Shown here: positions 20,235 to 28,805 of the stretch, piece after piece
How positions within the stretch are numbered: position 1 is the first letter of the stretch
How the letters are laid out: the number at the start of each line of letters is the position of its first letter
Source of the DNA: Spirochaetia bacterium
Lineage (GTDB): Bacteria > Spirochaetota > Spirochaetia > DSM-2461
Direction of reading: 5' to 3'
Assembly: GCA_963668315.1 (NCBI GenBank)
Contig: OY764216.1
Location: 5,408,001-5,472,000, forward strand
DNA: 64,000 nt
The notes under the pieces: model-generated
Told to the model about the DNA's origin: nothing
Database searches by the model: none
What the model saw: the letters and a program-made list of their open reading frames with translations, nothing else
Position numbers and translations under genes: made by a program

Positions 20235-20912
20235 ATGAAAAAGGCGGCCCTGTTTTTAATTCTGATCACCGGTTTCCTTTATTCAGAGGAGAGGACTCTT
20301 CTGTTTCTGCCGAGAGAGGATCATCCCTTTTTCCTGAATTCGACGGCCGGACAGTTCCATATGGAAGAGTCCGACGGAATGTGGCCCGCTACCATGAAGA
20401 TAAGCACGGACGGAGACGGGGGGAATGTTCAGGTGGTGGCCCACGACATTACTCCCTTCAGTCTGGAAAATAAAAATCTGGTTATCTGGATCAAAGGGAA
20501 TAACATGAAAGCCCTCAGGGAGTTCTGGCTGTACGCCTCGGACAGCAACGATTTCTCCAACCGGATAGTCTTCATGCCCAGCAATGATCCCACCCAGCTG
20601 AGAGAGGGGGTATGGAGCCGCCTGAGCCTGCCCCTCTCGGCCGGTGAGATCTGGGGCACTCCCGATCTTTCCCGTCTCTCAGCCCTTCAGTTCTGGCTCA
20701 ACGACAGGGGCTCATCCCCCCTCTCCCTGGAACTGGGCCCGGTATATCTGGAAAGTTCCCTTCCCCCGTCGGCCGTTATCCTCACCTTTGACGACGGCTG
20801 GAAATCCCAGATAGAAACCGCCGCTCCCGTCATGGCGGAGCAGGGTCTTACCGGAACGGCCTATATTATCCCGGAGCTTATAGGCAGCCCGGGTTATATG
20901 ACGGAGGAAGAC
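20235..20912 (+). CDS. Secreted polysaccharide deacetylase (NodB/CE4), truncated at the junction
   Basis: Signal peptide, a beta-rich domain, then ILTFDDG...GTAYII...GYMTEED; the sequence changes character before the expected H(S/T)xxH motif. Confidence 0.75.
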
Positions 20913-21749
20913 CACTCACTCATCACAGCGCCGAACGGCACCCTCGTCGCCACCTTGATTCGCTATGCGAACGAAAAATGGGAGAAGAAACTGCCGCCGG
21001 TCTACTTTCTCAGCCATGACCATGGGCACACTTGGGAGGGACCTTGCGACTTCGACAAATCCGCCACTGTCGACGATATTGCCTTCACGATGAACACTTC
21101 CTTTGTCCGTGACGGCGAGATCTTCATTCTGTTTCGAGGCGGAAAGTCGAACATGACGCCGGGCGGACCGCAGACGCTGTGGGTTTCCGGTGACAACGGG
21201 GAGTCGTTCAGCCAACGGAGCACCCTGCCCTTCGACACGGACTGCTACTACTGGGCCGCCGGGGCGCTCGATGACGGCAAGATCATCGTCTATACCTATG
21301 ACGCCCATCTCCAGAGAGAGGACCGAACGGCGGAACAGAACCTTCCCTACGTGATCAGCAAGGATGGCGGACGCACCTGGTCGGACATACAGACCACGCA
21401 CTTTGCCAAGGGCATCCGCAACATGCAGCTCTCCGGAAAACTGGGTGAATTCTACTTCATTCAGGGGCGAAGCGGCAGCTATCCGCGGGACCTGGTCGGC
21501 GACGACCCCGGTCCGGACAATTTCGTGCTTTACTCGTCGCGGGACGGCATCCACTGGGACGAAGGCATCGTGCTGATGAGCAGGCTTCAGACTCCCGGCG
21601 GGGGCGACTGCTATTCCGCCAACGAGGTCATCGGCAAGTATGACCCCGCGACGCCGGAGAAGCTCTTGATCCATGGCGACGTCAGCTATTCGGGGGCCAA
21701 GACAAACATGCACCAATGGTGGGTTTCGCTGTCTCCTTGTCGTGAGTGA
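20913..21749 (+). CDS. C-terminal part of a sialidase/BNR (Asp-box) protein, in frame with the deacetylase fragment
   Basis: Asp-boxes SHDHGHTW, SGDNGESF, SKDGGRTW and SRDGIHW. Confidence 0.75.
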   Translation, partial: HSLITAPNGTLVATLIRYANEKWEKKLPPVYFLSHDHGHTWEGPCDFDKSATVDDIAFTMNTSFVRDGEIFILFRGGKSNMTPGGPQTLWVSGDNGESFSQRSTLPFDTDCYYWAAGALDDGKIIVYTYDAHLQREDRTAEQNLPYVISKDGGRTWSDIQTTHFAKGIRNMQLSGKLGEFYFIQGRSGSYPRDLVGDDPGPDNFVLYSSRDGIHWDEGIVLMSRLQTPGGGDCYSANEVIGKYDPATPEKLLIHGDVSYSGAKTNMHQWWVSLSPCRE

Positions 21750-21772
21750 TCCGAGGCGAGGGAAACCGAGCC

Positions 21773-24700
21773 TCATTTGGAGGGGGCATCCGCCTTGGAT
21801 TCCAAACGAGTGTTCGACGCGGATGCGCTGACACGAAGGACCTGAAACGCCTTGCCCTGCCCGCCAAGCTGGACCTGCTGCTCCGAGCCGAAGTACTGTT
21901 TCGAAAGCCTGGGGACCTGGCCGGCGGCGTAGCTGAACCACTCCAACACATCGGCGACTCCACGAGCGGCGGCGGGTCGGAGCGGACGTTCGATCAGCGG
22001 GCCGGTTTCGGCGGCATGGGCAGCCGCGAGAAGAGCGTAGGTCAGCAGACCGTGCCCCAGATCGTCTACCTCCTGGGCTTCGGCGTTGGAGCCAACGGCA
22101 GCCAGGGTGAAGGTGCCGCCCGACTTGCCAAGCTGTTCGATGGCGCCTCGAAACGCGAAAGGATCGTTTCCCTGGCGGTTCAGGCGGATGGCTCCGCCTG
22201 ACGCGCAGGTGTCGAAGATCAGGAGACGTTGCCTGGCAGGCACCTGCGATACGGCGTCGCCAAGCCGGTCGGCAGCCAGACCCTGGTCGCGGATATCGTC
22301 GGCGATTTGTCCGGCCCCAGCCTTAAATTCATGGGGCAGGAAGAAATAACGCTGGCCGACCATGGTTCCGTGTCCGGCCAGGAAGACGGCGAGCGTGTCT
22401 TCGGGCTTCGCCTTGGCGGCCACCGCCTCGACGGCGTCGAGGATATGCTGGCGGGTGGCTGCATGATTCAGCAGGACCGTGACCTGAACGTCTGCGAATA
22501 CGACCCGACTGCGTTCTTCGAGCAAGGCGGCAATTGCCTGCGCATCGGGAGCGGCATAGCGGAGGTTCAAGGACGATTGCTCGTAGTCGTTGATGCCGGC
22601 GGCCACGACATAGAGCGTGTTGCCTTGCGCCCCCTCGGCTTGCGGCTCAACCGATTGTTTCGTTTCGCGGGTGCCGGGCGGCGGGTCGACCTTTACGACC
22701 TCACTCGCGTGTGGCTTGCCGTCGGAGACGATTGGAAGGACGGGGAACGTCATTCCGGAACTGCTGTACTGGACGTCAGGCGACTGGCCGAAGTAGCGGC
22801 GTCCGAGTTCGCGGGTGTGGGAGGAGGCGAAGCTGAAGAGTTCCATCGCGTGGGCCACCTTGTCGCTTCCGGACGGCTGGACCCATTGTTCGACGAGCGG
22901 GCCGTCGTCGACCGCCTTGAGCCCGGCGAGAAGGGAATAGGCCAGGATTCCGTGGCCCAGCTCTTCCACTTCCCGGGCCTGCTCCGCAACGGAGGAGGAC
23001 GCGATCGTGAAGGCTCCCTGGGCTCGGCTGAGCCGTTCCACGGCCCCGCGGAACGCGAAGGGATTGCGGGACGACTTCTGTACGGGCAGGGCTCCACCGG
23101 ACTGGCCCGTGTCGAACACGATCATACGTTTCAGGGCGGGCACCTGGGCCAGGGCGTCGCCCAGGTTGGCGGCAGGAAGCCCCTTGCGGCGAATGGCGTC
23201 TTCCAGAGAATCGTCGCCTCGGCGGAAATCCTGAGGGAGGAAGTAGAAGGTCTGGTCGACGAGCGAGCCGTGGCCGGCGAGGAAGACGACGACCGTATCC
23301 TGGGGCCGGGCCTGTTCCGCGAGCGAGGCAATCGCCCCGAGAATACCGGCCGAGGTGGCGGCCTCGTTCTGCAGCGACACGACCTGCACGTCTTCGTAAA
23401 GGGCTCCGCCACGCTGGGCGAAGACCTGGGCGATCCGGTCGGCATCGTGGACGGGGAAGCTCATGGCCAGCGACGGTTCGGCGTAGTTTTCGATGCCCAC
23501 GACGAGCACGTGGAGCCGGGATTTCGGCAAGGGCTTGCTGTAGCGAAGGGTGAGGCGAGCCGGTTCGCTTTCAAAGCTGCCGTCGGCGCTGGCGGAGACG
23601 ACTTCGAGGACGTTTTCGCCCTGAATCAGTTCGACGGCGAAGGTGCGGCGGATGCCGCCTTCGATTCGTTCGGTGGAGTGGACCGCGCCGATGAGCCGGG
23701 CGCCGTTGTGCTTGAGGGAGGGGCCTTTGATGCCGCCGCCCTGGTCCTTAGCGGTCACGGTGAGGGTGAGCCGGTTCTGTTCCACATCGCCACCCGCCTG
23801 GGGCGAGTCGATCACCAGCAGCGGCGGCAGTTCCTCACCGAGGACGACATCGGGTTTGGGCCGTTCGCCGCGCCAGATAGCGGCCAGCAGTCCGGGATAG
23901 TAGAAGTCCTGGAAGAAACGATCGACGGGGACGACGTTCAGTCCGTCGCCGATGCGGAAGAGGACTTTCTGCCGAGCATTGTAGCTGCCGTCGAAGAGAC
24001 CTTCGGGGGTGACGACGAGCCAGTCGGCGGTCGTTCGCAGGCTGGTGTCTTCGGAAATACGGAATCGGCTAAGGGTAACCATTCGGCAGATCTCTTCGAG
24101 GGTCTGCTGATCGCGGACACGGACCCAGCCGTCGCCGTCGACGGTGACGAGAAGCCCTTCGTGCGAGGGCAGCACCACGCTTCGAACGCCTTCCATTTCG
24201 CGGAAGGCGCGGCTTTTTCCAGTTTCCAGATCGACGATACCGATGCCATGGTCGCCCGCATATGCGGCCAGTTTTCGGCGGGGGTCGATGCTTACGGAAC
24301 GAGCGTTTTTCCATGCTCGTGGAAAGAGGCGTACTTGATCAGTGGCGAAATCCCAGCGTTTGTATCCCCACTCCCCATAGAGCCAGGCCGAGTCTTCGTC
24401 GGCGAAGACCGCTCCCAGCCCCCCGCAGTTCGGGTCCCACCGGTTGGGATGAACGTCGTCGTCGGACGAAGCGACTTCCTTCCAAGTCGTAGTATTCCAG
24501 AGGCGGAGCGAGAAATCCGTTACGGTCAGCAACTTCTTGCCGGACGGAGAGAAAGCGATGCCGACCACGTCGTACGTTGTGGTGGAATCCCCAGTCACGT
24601 TTCCGAACAAAGGCGTGATCTGCCGTCCGGCCTGCGTGTCGTAAACACGAGTGACATGATATGTGCCATATTCGAGGCTTCTTTCATTCTCTTCTGCGTT

Positions 24701-26635
24701 TGACAAGAAGTCTGCAACGGCGAGGAGTTTGCCGTCGGGGCTGAACGATGCGGCGGCGCAGTGGTCCTGGAAATCCTCGAGTCTTGCGATTTCGTGACCA
24801 GAGACCAGATCAATCAACCGACCGTGATAAGCACGATCAGTGTCAGAATTCCACGCGCCGCGTTCATGGCTTGGGACAAAGGCAGTCGTGCCGTCTGGTG
24901 ATACATGAAGCTCGTTTGTGTCGGCACCGCTATCCGAAACAGAAAATCTCATGTCTCCGGGAATGACGGCGTCCAGAATTCCACGTTTCATATCCCAGAC
25001 CGAAGCGAGTCCCCAATGCTTCTCGTCGTCATCATCATTGCCACCCAAAGCACCAACGAAGAGCAGGTCATTGTCTTTCAATCCAGTTGCAGCCACTGGA
25101 TCGTTCACGGCATCATTCCAGCGGACCTCCGACAGGAGTTTGCCGGTCACGCTCCAGACCTGCGCGGCACCGCCTGAGGCCTCCCCTAGGGGGCTGTGTC
25201 CGCGAGTTCGCAGAAGAGCTTGTCCGCCGTCGACGTAGGCAAGGGAACGCGTTCCAAGCTTGTCGCGTGTGTCGAATTTCTTGACAAGTTTGCCTTCAGG
25301 CACGGAGAATAGGTGGACGAAATACCTGTCGTCTGGAACGTGTCCGGTGAAGAGGTTGACTTGGTAATGGCGGGTGACGCCCACCGCAAGTTCCTTGCCA
25401 TCGTCCCGGAACGCAATGCATGTCGGTTCCGGGGCGGGAAGGGGGCCGAACATGCCTTTATGCTGCTCGCCGACCAGCAGACCGATTTGTTCCTGCGTTC
25501 TGGCATCCCAGAGTTCGCATCGTTCGGGTTCGTCCGTGCAGCACCCGGTGAGTGCCAAGCAGGAACCATCGTACGACAGCAGGAGTTCTCGCAGACTCAT
25601 CTTGTGGTGCGCCCTGCTGATCTGTTTGCCGTCGCGGTCGAATACGGCCACTTCGTGCTTGAAGCGACCGGAGCGGGAACGCTTGCGGGCCAAGCCGTTG
25701 GACCGCAGGACGAAGGAGCTGCTGTCACCCGCAAAGGCGCGGGAGGCCGCGGCCAACTCAAGACCCTCCAGTTGCGACAGAATCTGCCCCGACGTCGTGT
25801 CGATCAAGAACGTGTTCTTATGGTGGTAGGCCAGGAGTCGTGTCCCATCCGGCGAGAACTCGACAATGTCGGGGGAGTCAGGCATGTCCACATGTCGTTC
25901 GACCTTGGTATGAAGATCGCAGAGAAGAAGGCTCTTCTCGGCGTGTAAGCAAAGATAGCGGCCATCGGGCGAGAATACTCGCTGAAAGAGCTGCTCGCAA
26001 TCTTCATCGTAGTTGAACTGATGTGCCTCGAATTGCTTGACCACTCGCCCTTTGGCAACGTCAAAGAGCTTGGAGGACGGCCCTTTCGACACGAGCACGT
26101 ATCGGCCGTCTGGTGATAATACGGGCGGCTCGCAACCGCCTTTGGGCATTGGGATAGTGCGCAACCGGTGGCCTCGGCGCACATCCCAGAGAATCATCTG
26201 GTAGTTATACGAAAAGTCGTCATACGTTGCCAGGAAGCGTGCGTTGCGGTCGTGCGAAATTGTGCCGTCGAAATCGCCCGGGTGACCGACATTGATGATG
26301 ATCTCCGGTTTCGCGGGTGCAGTGCCGGTTGCGCCGGGTGAGCCCGTCGGGGCGACTGCTGCCGGGAGGGAGATTACCGTGCGGTCGATCCAGCCGTTCA
26401 AACTCTGATCACCAATCTCGAAGGTCCCGCGGAGCCACGTGTCATCGGCCGCTTCGATGCGGAACCGGGTTCCCACGGGCACAGTTGCGATGACGTCGTC
26501 GCCGGAGTACAGGTCCGCATCGCGCTGCGTCGTGACCGTTTGTCCGACCTTGACCGTTTCCTGGGACCATGCGGAGGTCACAACGGCAAGACCGATGATC
26601 CATGCCGCCATGGCTCTGGTGTGGCTGCGTTTCAT
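21773..26635 (-). CDS. Secreted SH3-like + WD40 propeller + Ig-like + tandem caspase (C14) protein
   Basis: Signal peptide (AWS|QE); many (F/L)SPDG WD40 repeats; WLVVTPEG; caspase 1 AGHG/DTGQSG; caspase 2 AGHG/DTCASG. Confidence 0.88.
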   Translation of the reverse strand: MKRSHTRAMAAWIIGLAVVTSAWSQETVKVGQTVTTQRDADLYSGDDVIATVPVGTRFRIEAADDTWLRGTFEIGDQSLNGWIDRTVISLPAAVAPTGSPGATGTAPAKPEIIINVGHPGDFDGTISHDRNARFLATYDDFSYNYQMILWDVRRGHRLRTIPMPKGGCEPPVLSPDGRYVLVSKGPSSKLFDVAKGRVVKQFEAHQFNYDEDCEQLFQRVFSPDGRYLCLHAEKSLLLCDLHTKVERHVDMPDSPDIVEFSPDGTRLLAYHHKNTFLIDTTSGQILSQLEGLELAAASRAFAGDSSSFVLRSNGLARKRSRSGRFKHEVAVFDRDGKQISRAHHKMSLRELLLSYDGSCLALTGCCTDEPERCELWDARTQEQIGLLVGEQHKGMFGPLPAPEPTCIAFRDDGKELAVGVTRHYQVNLFTGHVPDDRYFVHLFSVPEGKLVKKFDTRDKLGTRSLAYVDGGQALLRTRGHSPLGEASGGAAQVWSVTGKLLSEVRWNDAVNDPVAATGLKDNDLLFVGALGGNDDDDEKHWGLASVWDMKRGILDAVIPGDMRFSVSDSGADTNELHVSPDGTTAFVPSHERGAWNSDTDRAYHGRLIDLVSGHEIARLEDFQDHCAAASFSPDGKLLAVADFLSNAEENERSLEYGTYHVTRVYDTQAGRQITPLFGNVTGDSTTTYDVVGIAFSPSGKKLLTVTDFSLRLWNTTTWKEVASSDDDVHPNRWDPNCGGLGAVFADEDSAWLYGEWGYKRWDFATDQVRLFPRAWKNARSVSIDPRRKLAAYAGDHGIGIVDLETGKSRAFREMEGVRSVVLPSHEGLLVTVDGDGWVRVRDQQTLEEICRMVTLSRFRISEDTSLRTTADWLVVTPEGLFDGSYNARQKVLFRIGDGLNVVPVDRFFQDFYYPGLLAAIWRGERPKPDVVLGEELPPLLVIDSPQAGGDVEQNRLTLTVTAKDQGGGIKGPSLKHNGARLIGAVHSTERIEGGIRRTFAVELIQGENVLEVVSASADGSFESEPARLTLRYSKPLPKSRLHVLVVGIENYAEPSLAMSFPVHDADRIAQVFAQRGGALYEDVQVVSLQNEAATSAGILGAIASLAEQARPQDTVVVFLAGHGSLVDQTFYFLPQDFRRGDDSLEDAIRRKGLPAANLGDALAQVPALKRMIVFDTGQSGGALPVQKSSRNPFAFRGAVERLSRAQGAFTIASSSVAEQAREVEELGHGILAYSLLAGLKAVDDGPLVEQWVQPSGSDKVAHAMELFSFASSHTRELGRRYFGQSPDVQYSSSGMTFPVLPIVSDGKPHASEVVKVDPPPGTRETKQSVEPQAEGAQGNTLYVVAAGINDYEQSSLNLRYAAPDAQAIAALLEERSRVVFADVQVTVLLNHAATRQHILDAVEAVAAKAKPEDTLAVFLAGHGTMVGQRYFFLPHEFKAGAGQIADDIRDQGLAADRLGDAVSQVPARQRLLIFDTCASGGAIRLNRQGNDPFAFRGAIEQLGKSGGTFTLAAVGSNAEAQEVDDLGHGLLTYALLAAAHAAETGPLIERPLRPAAARGVADVLEWFSYAAGQVPRLSKQYFGSEQQVQLGGQGKAFQVLRVSASASNTRLESKADAPSK

Positions 26636-26701
26636 GGGAACACCTCGTCCGATTTTCGTCCAAAGCCATACTTCGACGCGATCTGCTTCAGGGAAACGGC
26701 C

Positions 26702-28741
26702 TCACTCTTCCAGCAAGCGATCCAACTCGCGTTCGTCGACGTAGCGGATGTTGATCACGCCGAGGAGGCGCCCGGCGTTGAAGTTCTCGCATTTCAACTC
26801 GCGAGCTTCCTCGGGACCTTCTCCCGAACCGAGCGCGCGGCCTCGTTCGGCATAGAAGGCTGCGGTGATCATGCCGATCGAGTCGCCGAAGTTCTGTCGC
26901 ATCGCCACCGAGTCGGCCACGTCGACGAAACGGAAGCGTTTCATGGCAAAGTCACTCGGATCGCCCGACGCCGTGACTTCGCCCTTCGGAAGATACCAGC
27001 CTTCGAAGGTGTGGGTGCATGGCTGTTCCGGATCGTCCGACGGCTCGAGGAGCCAGGACCATGCCTTGCCCAGGCGTTCCCGTTTCTGACCGAGGATGTT
27101 GATCCCGTCGACGAGAACGGTTGCCGCCGCTTTCTCGCGATAGTGATTCTGGATGCGAATCTCGAACAGCTCGTTTTCGCTCGCGGCAATCAACAACTCG
27201 CGGGTGATCTTGCCGTCTGCGGTGGTGGGCCGCTGGGATGTGACGACGAAGTCCTTCCGTTTGCGGGGAGTGTTCTTGGTGATTCGCTTCTCGTCTTCGG
27301 CCAGAACGGACCAGACCTCGACCTGAAAGGGAAACGCATCCTCGCCCCGAAGCAGCATGGGATGGTCCCGGTCGGACTGGGCGTGGTTGACGACTTCGAC
27401 GTTGTAGGGGCCTCCTTCGGGTCGACCGCTTGTGGTGAAGCTGCCGCCGCAGTCGCCCACGAGGTCTTCGCTCAGGGGGAGCACGCCGCTGGGGGTCGCG
27501 AGACTGGCGCCGTCCTCGGTCGAAACGAGGTCGCACTGGACGTTCATGTTCGTTCCGCGGCGCCGCAAGACGCCCGTGATCAATGCATCGATGCCCTCGT
27601 CCCGGCGAAGTGGTTCCATGCGAGCCGGGTTGCCGAGGGCCTCGACCTGAAGCCCCTTCGCGGCCTTCGACAGGGAATCGGTCGACAGGACGCAATAGGC
27701 ATCGTCGGCGAGTTTCTTCAATTCCACGTGGACCCGTTCGGCGCAGTAGGCCGGCAGATTGGCGGCGGCCAGGGCTTCTGTTCTGCCCATGGGTTGGAGG
27801 AATTCCAGGACACCGACCTTTCCGAGTTTGCGGCGGCGGATCTCCAGGTCGAGGTGTTCCGCGAGGCGCCGGCAGAGCGTTTCGGGCGGTTCCGGGCGAA
27901 GTGTGAGCACGACGGGAAAGCCGCTGTCGAGCGGATACATGGCGGGATTCTGTTGAAATCCGAAGACCTGGGCGGCCGTACTGGAGACGCGTTCGTAGGT
28001 GTACTTGTAAACCTCGTCGGCGGTCACGCGCCCGTTGCCGTCGCCGTCGGCGCCGCCTTCGAGGGCGCGGCAGAGCCAGTAGGTGAAGATGCCGTTCCGC
28101 CGTTCGGCCCACTCGTAGCTCTTCTCGTCTGCACGGCAGCTTGCCAGGACCATGCAGCCGGTGACGGGCTCGGGCAGAATGGCCTTGGCCACGGCTGCCG
28201 CGTCCAGGCCGGAGGGTTCCACCGATTTCGAGTTACCCGCGTGACAGCAGTCGAGGATGAGGAATTTGGTGGCGGCCCGGCACTCGGTGAGGAAGTTCCG
28301 CATCTCCTCGGCGGGAAGGGCCGACTCCTCGATGGAATTGACGTCGAAGTCCCTGGGAATCAGATACGTCTTTCCATTTGAGGGATGCCCGTGTCCGCTG
28401 AAATAGACGAGCACGTGATCCTCCGGGCCCGCTTTGCTGAGCAGTTTGGGAATCTCGCGGCGCAGGTTCGCCAGGGTGGGTTTCAGCGAATCGGCGGACT
28501 GGTCGGTCATCAGCAAGAGATGGTCTTCGGGGATCCCGGCACGCTGTATCAGGATCTCTGCCGTATCGCCGGCGTCACTGCCGGTGAAACGCAGGTCCCA
28601 GCGGTGGTCGTCGTGTTGTTGGACGCTGATGACGACAGCCCATTGCTCACCGATCTCGGCTCTCGCGGCGGAAGTCGTTCCATGGGCCAGGGCGACGAGG
28701 ACGCATATCGCGATCGTTGAACAGCGTAGGAGATACTGCAT
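26702..28741 (-). CDS. Secreted caspase (C14) protein with a FlgO/CsgG-like middle domain and an uncharacterised C-terminal beta domain
   Basis: Signal peptide; YFSGHG, ILDCCHAG, LASCRADEKSYE and GIFTYWL. Confidence 0.85.
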   Translation of the reverse strand: MQYLLRCSTIAICVLVALAHGTTSAARAEIGEQWAVVISVQQHDDHRWDLRFTGSDAGDTAEILIQRAGIPEDHLLLMTDQSADSLKPTLANLRREIPKLLSKAGPEDHVLVYFSGHGHPSNGKTYLIPRDFDVNSIEESALPAEEMRNFLTECRAATKFLILDCCHAGNSKSVEPSGLDAAAVAKAILPEPVTGCMVLASCRADEKSYEWAERRNGIFTYWLCRALEGGADGDGNGRVTADEVYKYTYERVSSTAAQVFGFQQNPAMYPLDSGFPVVLTLRPEPPETLCRRLAEHLDLEIRRRKLGKVGVLEFLQPMGRTEALAAANLPAYCAERVHVELKKLADDAYCVLSTDSLSKAAKGLQVEALGNPARMEPLRRDEGIDALITGVLRRRGTNMNVQCDLVSTEDGASLATPSGVLPLSEDLVGDCGGSFTTSGRPEGGPYNVEVVNHAQSDRDHPMLLRGEDAFPFQVEVWSVLAEDEKRITKNTPRKRKDFVVTSQRPTTADGKITRELLIAASENELFEIRIQNHYREKAAATVLVDGINILGQKRERLGKAWSWLLEPSDDPEQPCTHTFEGWYLPKGEVTASGDPSDFAMKRFRFVDVADSVAMRQNFGDSIGMITAAFYAERGRALGSGEGPEEARELKCENFNAGRLLGVINIRYVDERELDRLLEE

Positions 28742-28805
28742 GATGAACTCCGGGAGAGGATTGCGTCAAAGGTGCAACGGCGATGCGGGGTCAGGCCGGG
28801 CCTGT

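Noticed and set aside
20235..21749. A genuine novel deacetylase-sialidase fusion enzyme
   Set aside because: Both domains are incomplete and the sequence style changes at the fusion point; an artificial join is more parsimonious.
22229..24703. Long antisense ORFs (e.g. 22229-24703 +, 26540-28381 +, 40633-42987 -, 58706-60109 -)
   Set aside because: They shadow well-supported genes on the opposite strand in GC-rich DNA and have no recognisable motifs.
28739..28768. Fourth copy of the candidate promoter (GACGCAATCC on the minus strand)
   Set aside because: The position of the second box falls on the start codon (ATCATG) and does not match G..YAT.
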